Assembly (NCBI GenBank): GCA_965205405.1
Contig: OZ242169.1
Coordinates: 2,480,091-2,544,090 of the forward strand
Length of the DNA: 64,000 bases
Direction of reading: 5' to 3'
Source of the DNA: Gammaproteobacteria bacterium
GTDB lineage: Bacteria > Pseudomonadota > Gammaproteobacteria > Eutrophobiales > Eutrophobiaceae
Below, piece by piece: positions 1 to 10,613 of the stretch (position 1 is the first letter of the stretch; every line of letters begins with the position of its first letter). The notes beneath the pieces were generated by a model, which made no database searches, was not told where the DNA came from, and worked only from the letters and a program-made list of their open reading frames with translations. A program made the translations under genes and the position numbers.

Positions 1-1378
1 GAAATTTTTGGAATAAATGAGGTCCATACTTCTTCCTTGGTATTGGCAAACGTCTGGTTGATCACGACAAAATCACCAGCCACGGCATCGTTGACGATTT
101 CTTTTTTCTCATAATTGTAGCGGCCACCGACAGTCAGTGTGACATTCTCCGTTAACAGCCAATCAACCTGGCCGAACCCGGCATAACTGTCTGTTTCGTT
201 AATTTGACGATAACGATCACTCCCATTGATGTTTTTGTCTGCAATAATATCAAACACTTCAAACCGGTTAGTTTGTTCATTCAGATACCAGAACCCGAAT
301 ACATAATTCAACGTATCCGTATTTCCACTCCAACGGAGCTCCTGGGTGAACTGATCGGTTTTATCAAAGATGTCATCTATCAATGGAATCGAGACGCCGA
401 CCGAATCCATCTCCCAGTCCACTTCGTTTTCCCTGTAAGCACTGATTGATTTCAATTCACCGATCCCCAAATCGTGGGTAACATGGAGACTCACTCCCCA
501 GGCGTCACGCTTGGCGAAACCGTCACTGGGATTCGTCGAACAACGCGGTCCCCTGTTACCGCACAGCGCTTGATACTGGTCGACAATCGGCCCTAGGCCG
601 CCGACTATCTGCGTCTGGGGAATTCTGGCCATATCCTCGACGTCCAGTCTGTTGTAGTCCGCCGTAAACATGATTTCCGTATCTCCAGAGGTGTAGAGGA
701 GTTGACCGCGGTAAGCCTGGGCGTCATCGTCTTTTTGTTTTTTATCCAAAACAACGTTGTCCACCCAGCCGTCCCGATTACGGTAGGAAAAAGAAAATTT
801 GCCTGCAATATTCTCTGTTAAGGGTCCGGTTAACAATCCGGCAAAGTCCGTGCGCTCATAATTCCCCAAATTCGCTCGTAATTTGGCTGAAAATTGTTCC
901 GTATCCGGTTTGGTTGATACGATATTAATTGCGCCACCGATAGTATTTTTTCCGTACAAGGTGCCTTGGGGGCCGCGCAATACTTCAACACGCTCAATAT
1001 CAAACATCTCCGGATTTATGTTGGATACCCGTCCGAGATAGACCTCATCCACGAATATGGCAACTGAGTTGTCCGTCCCCGCACCGTCATCATTGGATGA
1101 CACGCCACGCAGGGCGATAATATTTTGCCCTGGTGAAAACGGTGAATAAGTCAGGCTGGGAACCCGAGTGGCAATATCGGTCAGGTCGTGGATGTCAGCT
1201 TTTTCTATCGCTGCCTTACTCAATGCCGAGATAGCGATAGGCACGTCCTGTAAATTCTCGACGCGACGTTGTGCAACAACGGTAATTTCCTCCAGCATAC
1301 TGCCGTGTTGTTCAGCATGAATGGTGGCAAGACTCGCCGGGAACAACGCAACAATCATTATGGTTCGTAATAACGTCA
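1..1378 (-). CDS. TonB-dependent receptor, N-terminal part (gene runs off the left edge; C-terminal barrel lies outside the window)
   Basis: The minus-strand frame is open from pos 1 to an ATG at 1378-1376. The N-terminus has a signal peptide (MTLLRTIMIVALFPASLATIHA). A TonB-box/plug follows (EEITVVAQRRVENLQDVPIAISAL ... RGVSSNDDGAG). Barrel-like Gly/aromatic-rich repeats run downstream. Confidence 0.8.
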
Positions 1379-1604
1379 TTGATTATCTCCCCAAAGGTAA
1401 ATTCGGTATTTACTAGGTAGTATAGTGATAATACTTGAAAAGTAAAATAAAATCAAGTATTTTGAAGAAACAGATATGATTAATAAAATCATTAATAACT
1501 ATCTGTAAATAAAGGTAGTTATTTATTTTATTTTGAAAATAGTTAATTCATATAACAATTAAATAATACTTTATAAGTAAAACATAATGTGGCGATAATC
1601 GATT
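1379..1604. promoter_or_regulatory. Very AT-rich divergent intergenic region between the TonB-dependent receptor and the amidase; likely carries both promoters
   Basis: About 225 bp at roughly 20% GC with multiple TATAAT-like and TTGAAA-like hexamers. It lies between two divergently oriented start codons. Confidence 0.3.
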
Positions 1605-3011
1605 ATGAACGGGTTGATGAATCTGACCGCAGTAGAATTGATTGACAAAATAAAGGCGCAACCCATCCGTGTCCTTGATGTCATGCAACAGGTAATTAAT
1701 CGTGTAGCAATGACAAAGCAACTGAACGCTTTTATCAATACCAACGAGACCTATGTCTTGTCACGAGCAGAAAAACTGGATACAAATTTATCCAGGCAAA
1801 ACCTGTTGCCGCTCCATGGTCTGCCATTCGCTGTGAAAGACAACATTGATACCAAAGACTACATTACTACAGGAGGGACGCCCGCACTGATCAACAATAA
1901 GCCCAGAGATAATGCCGACGTTGTCGAGAAGCTGATAAACGCCGGAGCTGTTGTTATCGGAAAAACAAATTTGCATGAACTTGCTTACGGCATTACCAAC
2001 AATAACGCTTTCTTCGGCCCGGTGCACAATCCATACAACCATGACCTGATTCCGGGTGGGAGCAGCGGTGGCACGGCAGCGGCTGTTGCAGCACGCATAG
2101 TGCCTGTCGGATTAGGCACGGATACCGGAGGTTCGGTCCGGATACCGGCTGCATTATGCGGTGTTTGCGGCTACCGGCCATCAACTGGTCGCTATCCCGG
2201 GCAAGGTATTATTAATATCTCACGTACACGGGATACCATCGGTACGTTTGCACGTTCAGTGGAGGATATTCAGTTAATTGACGAAGTTCTCACAGGTGAT
2301 GGTGGGCATGAAACTGTAGAACTGGAGAATCTTCGTATCGGTATACCCACTGTTCCATTTTACTTGGGACTTGATAATGACGTTGCAGAAGTTATTCAGG
2401 TTGCCCTCGAACGATTAGAAAATGGCAAGCTGACCTTTTTGCATAAGGATATTGAGGGTCTGTATGAATTAAATGAAAAAGTCGGGTTTCCAATCGTATT
2501 ACACGAAACAATTCCTGATCTACACAGCTATATCACCTCCCATGATTTAACGATAGATATTGAAACGCTGATTGAAAATATCGCCAGTCGGGATGTGAAA
2601 AATATAATCAAACCATTATTGGGGGAAGGAGCCATACCTGCTTCGGTCTATCAGGATGCAAAAAATAAACATAGACCGAAACTGCAACAGCTTTATCAGG
2701 ATTATTTTGAAAAACATAAACTCGATGCAATTATCTACCCGACAACCCCATTAACTGCCAGACCCATCGGCCAGGATGATTCAGTACAGATCGATGGATC
2801 AATAATGCCAACATTTTCCACGTATATTCGTAACTGTGACCCCAGTGCAAATGCAGGAATACCCAGTCTGTCTGTACCTGCCGGTTTGACCGGAGAGCAA
2901 TTACCTGTCGGTATTTCAATAGATGGGCCGGCAGGGTCCGACCGGAAGTTGCTGGCTATTGGCGCTGCAATTCAGGCAATACTGCCGCAAATTGCGGGCC
3001 CGGATATATAG
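1605..3011 (+). CDS. Amidase-signature (AS) family amidase
   Basis: 468 aa. Gly/Ser-rich AS motif GGSSGGTAAAVAA with downstream GTDTGGSVRIPA, typical of the GatA/amidase family. Confidence 0.85.
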   Translation: MNGLMNLTAVELIDKIKAQPIRVLDVMQQVINRVAMTKQLNAFINTNETYVLSRAEKLDTNLSRQNLLPLHGLPFAVKDNIDTKDYITTGGTPALINNKPRDNADVVEKLINAGAVVIGKTNLHELAYGITNNNAFFGPVHNPYNHDLIPGGSSGGTAAAVAARIVPVGLGTDTGGSVRIPAALCGVCGYRPSTGRYPGQGIINISRTRDTIGTFARSVEDIQLIDEVLTGDGGHETVELENLRIGIPTVPFYLGLDNDVAEVIQVALERLENGKLTFLHKDIEGLYELNEKVGFPIVLHETIPDLHSYITSHDLTIDIETLIENIASRDVKNIIKPLLGEGAIPASVYQDAKNKHRPKLQQLYQDYFEKHKLDAIIYPTTPLTARPIGQDDSVQIDGSIMPTFSTYIRNCDPSANAGIPSLSVPAGLTGEQLPVGISIDGPAGSDRKLLAIGAAIQAILPQIAGPDI

Positions 3012-3020
3012 TAAGTAATA

Positions 3021-4097
3021 CTAATGACCGGGAGCGTTAGCGGGAATATCTGTAAAGGTCTCGATGATTTTGAAGTCAATGCCTTCTGCTTCAGCCAGGT
3101 AAATGGTCTTGGTACTGTGCCTGTTATGTATCACCATTGATCCCCTTGGACTTTCAAAAGTAAAGCCTTCGGTAAAAGAAGCAAGTTTCTGGACATCCAG
3201 TGATTTTGCTTTAGTCGTTAGCTTGGCAAGGAAATGCAACCCATCGTAGCAGGATTGTCCGACGACGTTCAGCATCGGCGCATTGTTACCAAATTTTGCC
3301 GCATAACGCTCCATGAAATTTCTATTCTGCGTTGTATCCAGGCAAGTAAAATAACCACTGGAGGAAAAAATCCCTTTGGAGCACTCAACGCCGATACCTA
3401 ATAAGGTATTTTCTTCAATTAATGGGCCATAACGTATGGTTTTGTCTGCCAGACCCTTCTCAGCGAAGGCGCGGTTAAAATCAACGGAATCGCTACCCAC
3501 CAGGGTAATCAATACAGCATCCGGACATAATTCCTCAATTTGTCTGAGAACGTAATCGAAGTTTTCGCTACCGAATGGCACGTATTCTTCACCGAGCACC
3601 TCGCCACCGATTAGCCCGATGAATTGCTTGCCCAGCCAGTTTGTGGTGTAAGGCCATTGATACGCATTCCCTACCATGTACCAGGTATTCACTTGCTTCT
3701 CCTGCATGAACCAGGGTATGGCGGGGGACATCTGTTGGTATGGAGTCTCGCCGAGAACGAATAAACCTTTGCCTGTTTCGTCTCCTTCATAGGGTGGGGT
3801 ATAGATGTAAGGAATGTTTCCCTGGATATGACGGGATACAATATGTCTTACGGCGCTGTCATGCGAGCCTATAATAGCCTTACAATTATTTGCCAGGAGC
3901 CTGTCCAGTTGTTCCATAAACACAGGACTATCCTGACCCACGTCAATAAATTCCAGATTTATTTCTGAACCAAGCAGGCCGCCTGCGTTTTGGTTTATTT
4001 CCTCAGCGGCTAATAATGCACAGTCTCGGGTGGACGGACCGAATAACCCCGAAGCGCCACTCATGGCTACGAGTACACTGACAGTTAAATCGTCCAT
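3021..4097 (-). CDS. AmiC-like type-I periplasmic-binding-protein-fold ligand sensor (amide/urea/branched-chain amino acid binding family), apparently cytoplasmic
   Basis: 358 aa with no signal peptide. The YTPPYEGDETGKG motif resembles AmiC YPTPYEGFEY. Convergent with the amidase gene. Confidence 0.65.
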   Translation of the reverse strand: MDDLTVSVLVAMSGASGLFGPSTRDCALLAAEEINQNAGGLLGSEINLEFIDVGQDSPVFMEQLDRLLANNCKAIIGSHDSAVRHIVSRHIQGNIPYIYTPPYEGDETGKGLFVLGETPYQQMSPAIPWFMQEKQVNTWYMVGNAYQWPYTTNWLGKQFIGLIGGEVLGEEYVPFGSENFDYVLRQIEELCPDAVLITLVGSDSVDFNRAFAEKGLADKTIRYGPLIEENTLLGIGVECSKGIFSSSGYFTCLDTTQNRNFMERYAAKFGNNAPMLNVVGQSCYDGLHFLAKLTTKAKSLDVQKLASFTEGFTFESPRGSMVIHNRHSTKTIYLAEAEGIDFKIIETFTDIPANAPGH

Positions 4098-4248
4098 ATA
4101 ATATTAGGTTGAGTTCAGTTTTTTAGTAATAATTCCTGATATTAGCGTATAACGTCTGGAAAACTTGTACAAGCCTGCCGAGTGCCTGTAAGAATCTTTC
4201 GCATTTTGGTATGACGCGTCTGCTCAGGTATCATGACTCTTTTCAGAC

Positions 4249-4710
4249 GTGTTGGCAAAAACAGAGCTCCTCCTTTTGGATAAACGTATTTTAGATAATC
4301 ACCTGGCCAGTTTAATGGCCCGTACCGGTCGCAAAGTAAATAACCGGTTGACTGCTGAGTTACGTAATGTAGGGCTGAGTCTGGATGCCTGGCTGGTATT
4401 GAATATGCTGGTGACCGAAGGCGGCAGGTCGATGGGCCAGATTGCAGATGCGCTGGTGTTAAATCTTGCGACAGCCACAAAGCTTATAGACCGAATGGTT
4501 AATGACAATCTGGTTTACAGGAAACCACACCATGAAGACCGACGCATCGTAGAAATCTTTCCATCTGACGCCGGAGTGATACGACACGAAGTGGCAAAAA
4601 GGCTGGTGGCAAAAGAGCAAGCTGCCCTGAAAAAATTGATCCCGGATATTGACCGATTGATGACCGAGCTTGTCAGGTTAAATCAGGATCTGGATAGAAA
4701 GAAGGAATAA
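4249..4710 (+). CDS. MarR-family transcriptional regulator
   Basis: 153 aa with the winged-HTH MarR pattern (GGRSMGQIADALVLNLATATKLIDRMVNDNLVYRKPHHEDRR). Confidence 0.8.
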   Translation: MLAKTELLLLDKRILDNHLASLMARTGRKVNNRLTAELRNVGLSLDAWLVLNMLVTEGGRSMGQIADALVLNLATATKLIDRMVNDNLVYRKPHHEDRRIVEIFPSDAGVIRHEVAKRLVAKEQAALKKLIPDIDRLMTELVRLNQDLDRKKE

Positions 4711-4741
4711 CAGGCTGAAACAGAGCCCGTAAAAGCCTGTT
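4709..4741. terminator. Candidate bidirectional hairpin between convergent MarR and ABC permease genes
   Basis: AACAGGCT ... AGCCTGTT is an 8-bp stem with a roughly 17-nt loop, immediately after the MarR stop and abutting the permease stop. Confidence 0.3.
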
Positions 4742-5517
4742 CAGGTCTTTATCCCCGTTCCCCGCCGGAGTAAGTACAGGGAAAAGAACGACAGGACGAA
4801 GATAAACAGGACGATTATGGCAAACGCAGTATGGATACTGATATCGGAGACGCCCAGAATGCCGTAACGGAAGGCGTTTACCATGTAAAGTATCGGATTG
4901 GCCAGGGAGATGGATTGCCAGACACGCGGCAGCAGGTCTATGGAATAGAATACCCCTCCCAGGTATATCAACGGGGTCAGCACGAAAGTCGGGATGATGG
5001 AGATGTCATCGAAATTCTTCGCGTATATGCCGTTAAGAAAACCGCCCAGGGAAAACAGGACGGAGGTCAGGATGACTGTAGTGACGACGATAAAGGGGTT
5101 GTAAACTGAAGGCATGCCGGTGAAGAACAACGCAATGACCGTCACGATCAGACCCACAATCAAGCCCCTGGTTACACCGCCGGTAATATAACCGGCCAGG
5201 ATGATCCAGTTCGGCACCGGAGCGATCAGTATTTCCTCTATATGGCGTTGAAATCTTGCGCCGAAAAACGAGGAAGACACGTTGGAGTAGGCATTGTTGA
5301 TGATCGACATCATGATGATCCCCGGAGCAATGAATTCCATATAGGAAAACCCACCCATCACTCCGATGCGGGGTCCGATCAGGTTGCCGAAAATAACGAA
5401 GTAAAGCGCCATGCTTATCGCTGCCGGCAGGATGGTTTGCGTCCAGATACGCATAAACCGGGTGATCTCCTTGGTTACGATGGTCTTGAAGGAGATGTAT
5501 AACCGGTCAGTCGTCAT
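4741..5517 (-). CDS. ABC-2 type transporter permease (YadH-like)
   Basis: 258 aa, 6 predicted TM segments, ABC-2 family pattern. It overlaps the upstream ATPase gene by about 11 nt, indicating an operon. Confidence 0.8.
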   Translation of the reverse strand: MTTDRLYISFKTIVTKEITRFMRIWTQTILPAAISMALYFVIFGNLIGPRIGVMGGFSYMEFIAPGIIMMSIINNAYSNVSSSFFGARFQRHIEEILIAPVPNWIILAGYITGGVTRGLIVGLIVTVIALFFTGMPSVYNPFIVVTTVILTSVLFSLGGFLNGIYAKNFDDISIIPTFVLTPLIYLGGVFYSIDLLPRVWQSISLANPILYMVNAFRYGILGVSDISIHTAFAIIVLFIFVLSFFSLYLLRRGTGIKT

Positions 5518-6436
5518 TTCCCTGCTCGTTGTCGTCCACTAGCCGGATGAATAACTCTTCCAGGCGATTTACTTTATTGCGCATGCTGCTCACTATGATC
5601 CGGTGCTCCGACAGTATCTCAAACACGGCATTTGCGTTCTGCTCCCTGTTGATGACCACTTCCAGGGTCATCTGGTCGATCTGGCGTATGTCCAGATAGG
5701 GGATATCGGGCAGTTTCTCCAGGGGACTTGCCAGGTCCAGGATAAACGTCTCCGAATGCAATTGGGCCAGCAGGTCTTTTTTATGGCCGAATTCAATGAT
5801 CGAACCCTTGTCGATAATGGCGATTTTTTCACACAGACTCTCGGCTTCTTCCAGGTAATGAGTGGTCAGTACGATGGTTGTGCCGCGGCGGTTAATCTCC
5901 TTCAGAAAATCCCAGGTGGAACGGCGCAGTTCCACGTCTACGCCGGCGGTCGGCTCATCCAGCAGCAGCAGTTTCGGTTCATGGACCAGGGCTCTCGCGA
6001 TCATCAACCGGCGTTTGAGTCCGCCGGAAAGGTTGCGGGATATATCGTTGCGCCGTTCCCACAAACCCAGTTGCCTGAGGTATTTCTCCGCTCTGGGGTA
6101 CGCCGATTTCCGGTCGATTCCATAATATCCCGCCTGGTTCAGCAAGATATTCAGACAGGTTTCAAATAATGAAAAGTTGATTTCCTGGGGAACGATGCCT
6201 AACAGGGATTTGATCTCGATTATATGGGTGTCGCTGTCAAGGCCAAGAACGCTGATGCTACCGGCGGTTTTGGTCACCAGCGAGGAGACGATACCGATAG
6301 TGGTAGACTTGCCGGCGCCGTTGGGGCCGAGTAACGCTAAGAAATCGCCTTCATCCACGTCCAGATCGATTCCTTTCAATGCCTGAAACCCGTTCTTGTA
6401 GGTTTTCTCCAGGCGGTTAATCTCCAGCGCTTTCAT
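5507..6436 (-). CDS. ABC transporter ATP-binding protein (YadG-like)
   Basis: Walker A GPNGAGKST, signature LSGGLKRRL, Walker B LLLLDEPT; 309 aa. Confidence 0.9.
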   Translation of the reverse strand: MKALEINRLEKTYKNGFQALKGIDLDVDEGDFLALLGPNGAGKSTTIGIVSSLVTKTAGSISVLGLDSDTHIIEIKSLLGIVPQEINFSLFETCLNILLNQAGYYGIDRKSAYPRAEKYLRQLGLWERRNDISRNLSGGLKRRLMIARALVHEPKLLLLDEPTAGVDVELRRSTWDFLKEINRRGTTIVLTTHYLEEAESLCEKIAIIDKGSIIEFGHKKDLLAQLHSETFILDLASPLEKLPDIPYLDIRQIDQMTLEVVINREQNANAVFEILSEHRIIVSSMRNKVNRLEELFIRLVDDNEQGNDD

Positions 6437-6585
6437 TCGTAATACGTCAATTCCTCAGAGTCTGCCCATGGATTCCTGCATTTGAACCCTGCATGTTGTT
6501 GCAGGGGATGAACTTACGCCATAATGACGGCTTTACGGCATCTTACGGCTGTTTCGGCAAGACAACTTATCCGGCAATATCACGT

Positions 6586-6966
6586 CTATTGGTTTCTACC
6601 TTTATAGGCCCGAACCGCAGAATTGAACAACTCACCCGTCGATGCCATTTCATCCACCATTTTATTGTAGAAAAGGATGTTGATTTGCAGTTGCTCTTCA
6701 GTGGCGGTTTCTCCCCAGCTATCCCGGAGTCCGTCAAGGCAGGCCAGCACGGCTTCCCCGTTGGCAATATAGTTTTTGATGCCCATTTGCGCATCAATCA
6801 TCTCCTCCTCGGAGGATTTCAACCCGTTGGGAATGGAAGGTCTTTCCGGCATCGGGCAGGTTTCAATCACCTCGGTGGATGCGGATTCGGCCTGAGCGAG
6901 CGTGACCTGGATTAGTGCGATGCCGAATATCAAGGAACAGGGCAAATACAGTGCTGCCGACTTCAT
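6586..6966 (-). CDS. Small secreted hypothetical protein
   Basis: 126 aa with an N-terminal signal peptide (MKSAALYLPCSLIFGIALIQVTLAQA) and two Cys. No family recognised. Confidence 0.4.
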   Translation of the reverse strand: MKSAALYLPCSLIFGIALIQVTLAQAESASTEVIETCPMPERPSIPNGLKSSEEEMIDAQMGIKNYIANGEAVLACLDGLRDSWGETATEEQLQINILFYNKMVDEMASTGELFNSAVRAYKGRNQ

Positions 6967-7072
6967 GAGCGCCTCCTATGAAAATATGTTATTCAGAATA
7001 CCTGAGCGTATACTATGATTTTATACGCCTCGCCATAACCGCTATCATACAGGGTTTTATGGGATAGTTAAT

Positions 7073-7738
7073 ATGGATTTATCAATCCGGAAATTTGGTT
7101 TACAGGAATACTTGGGCGTCTACGAAGCCATGGTTGACCATACCAACCGGCGCGATCCGGCAACTACGGACGAAATCTGGTGCCTGGAACACGAACCGGT
7201 ATTTACCCTGGGCCTGGCCGGCAGGACCGAGCACTTGCTGGACCCGGGCGAAATTCCGGTGCATAAGGTGGACCGGGGTGGACAGGTGACTTACCATGGC
7301 CCCGGTCAACTGGTTGTCTACCTGCTGTTTGACCTGAAGCGGCTTGGGGTGTCTATCAAGCGGTTCGTCAACCTGCTGGAGCAGGCGGTCATAGATTTCC
7401 TCGCCACCTGCGACCTGAAGGCGTCGCGCCGCAAGGGTGCGCCGGGGGTGTACATCGCTGACAGGAAGATCGCAGCCCTGGGTGTACGGGTAAGGAAAGG
7501 ATGCTGTTATCACGGCCTCGCTGTCAACGTCGACATGGATTTGTCTCCTTTTCAACGGATTAATCCGTGCGGCTATCCGGGGCTTGAAGTAACGCAACTG
7601 GCAGACCTGGGAGTCAAGTTGACGGTCAATGCAGCGCTTGAAAGATTTTTGCCTTGCCTGTTAAACCAGTTTCTATACAATGATGTGGAACGATATGATG
7701 AAAGGAACAATCCTTTTCCCACGGTTATGTCCCGGTAA
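7073..7738 (+). CDS. lipB: Octanoyltransferase LipB
   Basis: 221 aa with LipB motifs HEPVFTLG and RGGQVTYHGPGQLVVY. Immediately upstream of lipA. Confidence 0.9.
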   Translation: MDLSIRKFGLQEYLGVYEAMVDHTNRRDPATTDEIWCLEHEPVFTLGLAGRTEHLLDPGEIPVHKVDRGGQVTYHGPGQLVVYLLFDLKRLGVSIKRFVNLLEQAVIDFLATCDLKASRRKGAPGVYIADRKIAALGVRVRKGCCYHGLAVNVDMDLSPFQRINPCGYPGLEVTQLADLGVKLTVNAALERFLPCLLNQFLYNDVERYDERNNPFPTVMSR

Positions 7739-7763
7739 ATATTGATTCCCGATACCACTGCAA

Positions 7764-8714
7764 ATGAATACGGCAACAGAAAATCGCACCAAGTTAGATC
7801 AACGGGGAAGATTGAAAACCGCGCGCATCCCCATAAGAGTAGTACCGATGGAGGGAAAGCCGCCGAGAAAACCCAACTGGATCCGGGCTAAAGCTCCCAC
7901 TGATCCCAAAGTGTTTGAGTTGAAGCGGCTGTTGCGGGAACATTCCCTGCATACGGTGTGTGAGGAGGCCTCCTGTCCCAACCTGGGTGAGTGTTTTTCC
8001 CGCGGCACTGCCACCTTCATGATCATGGGCGATACCTGCACCCGGCGCTGCCCCTTTTGTGACGTGGCTCATGGCCGTCCTCAACCCCTGGACAAGGATG
8101 AACCGGAACACCTGGCCGACGCAGTCAAATTAATGGGTTTGAAATACGTAGTCATCACCTCCGTTGACCGGGATGACCTGAAAGATGGCGGGGCAGGGCA
8201 CTTCAGGGATTGTATTGAGGCCGTCCGCCGCAAGGCGCCGGCTACGAAGATCGAAATACTGACCCCGGACTTCCGCCGCCGGATGGACATAGCCCTGGAA
8301 AAACTGGGCAAAGCGCCCCCCGACGTCTTTAATCATAACCTGGAGACGACGCCGGTCCTGTACCGCAAGGCCAGACCGGGCGCCGATTATCCCTGGTCCC
8401 TGGAACTGATCCGGAAATTCAAGGCACAACATCCCGGAATACCGACAAAATCCGGTCTTATGCTGGGACTGGGTGAAGAGATTGAGGATGTCAAAGCAGT
8501 ATTACGCGACCTCAGGGATCATGACTGCGACATGCTGACCCTGGGCCAGTACCTGCAACCTAGCAAGTATCACCTGAAGGTGGAGAGATTCGTGGACCCG
8601 GCAGAATTCGCCGACCTGGGCGAATACGCCAGACAACTGGGCTTCACCAGTGTAGCCAGCGCCCCCATGGTGCGGTCATCGTACCATGCCGACCTGCAGG
8701 CCGCTGAGATCTAG
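7764..8714 (+). CDS. lipA: Lipoyl synthase LipA (radical SAM)
   Basis: 316 aa. Auxiliary cluster [12 protein letters not shown] and radical-SAM cluster CTRRCPFC. Confidence 0.95.
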   Translation: MNTATENRTKLDQRGRLKTARIPIRVVPMEGKPPRKPNWIRAKAPTDPKVFELKRLLREHSLHTVCEEASCPNLGECFSRGTATFMIMGDTCTRRCPFCDVAHGRPQPLDKDEPEHLADAVKLMGLKYVVITSVDRDDLKDGGAGHFRDCIEAVRRKAPATKIEILTPDFRRRMDIALEKLGKAPPDVFNHNLETTPVLYRKARPGADYPWSLELIRKFKAQHPGIPTKSGLMLGLGEEIEDVKAVLRDLRDHDCDMLTLGQYLQPSKYHLKVERFVDPAEFADLGEYARQLGFTSVASAPMVRSSYHADLQAAEI

Positions 8715-8740
8715 CTCCCGGGATACCGGCTTCCCTAAGG

Positions 8741-8823
8741 ATATTTGGGGTCAGAGTAAAAATACGCAGCAATGGACCAGCAGCGCCTGTGAGTGTTTGT
8801 ATTTTTACTCTGACCCCAAATAT
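8741..8823. repeat. Family-A hairpin repeat copy 1: 25-bp perfect terminal inverted repeats ATATTTGGGGTCAGAGTAAAAATAC / GTATTTTTACTCTGACCCCAAATAT around a 33-bp unique spacer
   Basis: Seen directly in the sequence. The arms are exact reverse complements. The same arms recur at 26300, 50809 and 60594 with different spacers. Confidence 0.85.
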
Positions 8824-9003
8824 CCGGACGATGATCTTATCTCCTGACCTGTCAGATCCAACCCCGCTCTTAAAAAGTGGATTACCTTTGAGGGGCAGAT
8901 CAAATGTCTTGGCCATCTTTATCACCTATAATAATAATCGCCTATTTGAGCTGTTGGGTTTTAGCACAGTAAGCGTGAATAATCCCACCGGATAGAGCCA
9001 GAA

Positions 9004-10494
9004 ATGAGCATGCGACCACACCAGTTAATGTGGAAACAATTGATACAGCTGGACGCATCTGCTCAGGAAAGTCTGCAGATGCAATTGAGAAGAGGACTGA
9101 CCAACGCTATTCTCTATGGTCAGGTCAGTATTGATTTACCGCTACCCTCCAGCCGTGATCTGGCGCAGCAATTGCAAATATCCCGAAATACCATTGTTCT
9201 TGCGTATCAACGACTGGTGGATGAGGGCTATCTCATCAGTCGAGAAAGACAGGGCTATTTTGTTAACCCGGCAATCCTCGAATCCAGACCGCAGTACCAG
9301 GAGAACGAAGACACAGTAGGCTCAAGTACACCGGAATGGCAGGCCAGATTAAACTTCGACCTCTCAATACAACGTAATATACAAAAACCGAGTCATTGGC
9401 AAAAATTTGAATACCCTTTTGTCTATGGCCAATCCGACCCTTCATTGTTCCCTATCGCCGATTGGCGCGAGTGTGTGCGTCAATCACAAAGTGTCGCGGT
9501 GATAACCGCAGGCAGTTTTGACTATATTGATCAGGATGATGAGGTATTGGTAGAGGAATTGTGCATTCGAGTCCTGCCGCGGCGAGGCATTTGGATCAGG
9601 CCGGAACAATTACTGGTTACCATTGGCGCGCAGAACGCCCTGTCGATAATCTCGCAATTACTCTTTAACGAAGACTCTGTTATCGGCATTGAAAACCCTG
9701 GATATCCTGACGCCCGCAATTTATTTTCATTACGCACCAAGCAATTGGTGTTACTTGAAGTTGATGAGTATGGCTTGATCATTAACGACAAACTCAATCA
9801 ATGTGATTATGTGTACGTCACCCCTAGTCACCAGTCCCCTACCACAACCACTCTCCCCGTGGGAAGACGTAAGGAATTGCTGGATAAAGCCAGACTGCAC
9901 GACTTCATTATCATAGAAGATGATTATGAATCCGAAGCTAACTATATCCATCAGGCAATCCCGGCTTTGAAGAGTTCGGACACCAATAATCGAGTGATTT
10001 ATTGTGGTAGTTTATCGAAATCGCTCGCTCCTGGTCTCCGTCTCGGTTATCTGGTTGCCGATGTTGAACTGCTCACGCAAGCACGCATATTACGGCGCTT
10101 ATTATTACGCCATCCCCCTGCCCTAATTCAGAGAACAGTCGCATTGTTCCTTCAACTCGGTCATTACGACTCACATATCAATCGGTTTAACCAGGTGCTG
10201 AAAAACCGTTGGAAGATAATGGCCGAGGCACTTGAGCAATACATGCCCGGTTCGACCAACATTCCGGAATTTGGTGGCACAGCCTTCTGGATACAGGGAA
10301 CGGAGGGAAGTAACTCTCGCCAGCTCACAGAAGAGTGCGCCAAGCAGAGTATCCTCATAGAGCCGGGAGATGTCCATTTCGGACAGGATAATCCTCCCAA
10401 TAACTTTTTTCGATTAGGCTTCTCCTCCATAAGTGAAGATCGGATCCAAAAGGGTATCGCACATATCAAGGACATCCTTAATAGTCTAATTTAG
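9004..10494 (+). CDS. MocR-subfamily GntR regulator (N-terminal wHTH plus C-terminal PLP aminotransferase-like domain); candidate TauR-like regulator of the adjacent taurine module
   Basis: 496 aa. N-terminal GntR HTH (SSRDLAQQLQISRNTIVLAYQRLVDEGYLISRERQGYFV). C-terminal class-I aminotransferase fold with an SLSK PLP-lysine motif (YCGSLSKSLAPGLRLGY). Confidence 0.8.
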   Translation: MSMRPHQLMWKQLIQLDASAQESLQMQLRRGLTNAILYGQVSIDLPLPSSRDLAQQLQISRNTIVLAYQRLVDEGYLISRERQGYFVNPAILESRPQYQENEDTVGSSTPEWQARLNFDLSIQRNIQKPSHWQKFEYPFVYGQSDPSLFPIADWRECVRQSQSVAVITAGSFDYIDQDDEVLVEELCIRVLPRRGIWIRPEQLLVTIGAQNALSIISQLLFNEDSVIGIENPGYPDARNLFSLRTKQLVLLEVDEYGLIINDKLNQCDYVYVTPSHQSPTTTTLPVGRRKELLDKARLHDFIIIEDDYESEANYIHQAIPALKSSDTNNRVIYCGSLSKSLAPGLRLGYLVADVELLTQARILRRLLLRHPPALIQRTVALFLQLGHYDSHINRFNQVLKNRWKIMAEALEQYMPGSTNIPEFGGTAFWIQGTEGSNSRQLTEECAKQSILIEPGDVHFGQDNPPNNFFRLGFSSISEDRIQKGIAHIKDILNSLI

Positions 10495-10613
10495 GTAATC
10501 AATAGCTGTGTAGTCGAATAGATATTCAGAAACTCCAGTTAACTCCTCCCCCACTTCACCAATCACGCTGTTATGGTTCCAAAGGTAACTCCATGGTTGC
10601 GTAGATAACGTCG

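Noticed and set aside
204-808. Small ORFs 204-449 (+) and 605-808 (-) at the left edge
   Set aside because: Both lie inside the minus-strand TonB-dependent receptor coding region, which is open to the window edge. One is an antisense frame and the other an internal alternative start. Not independent genes.
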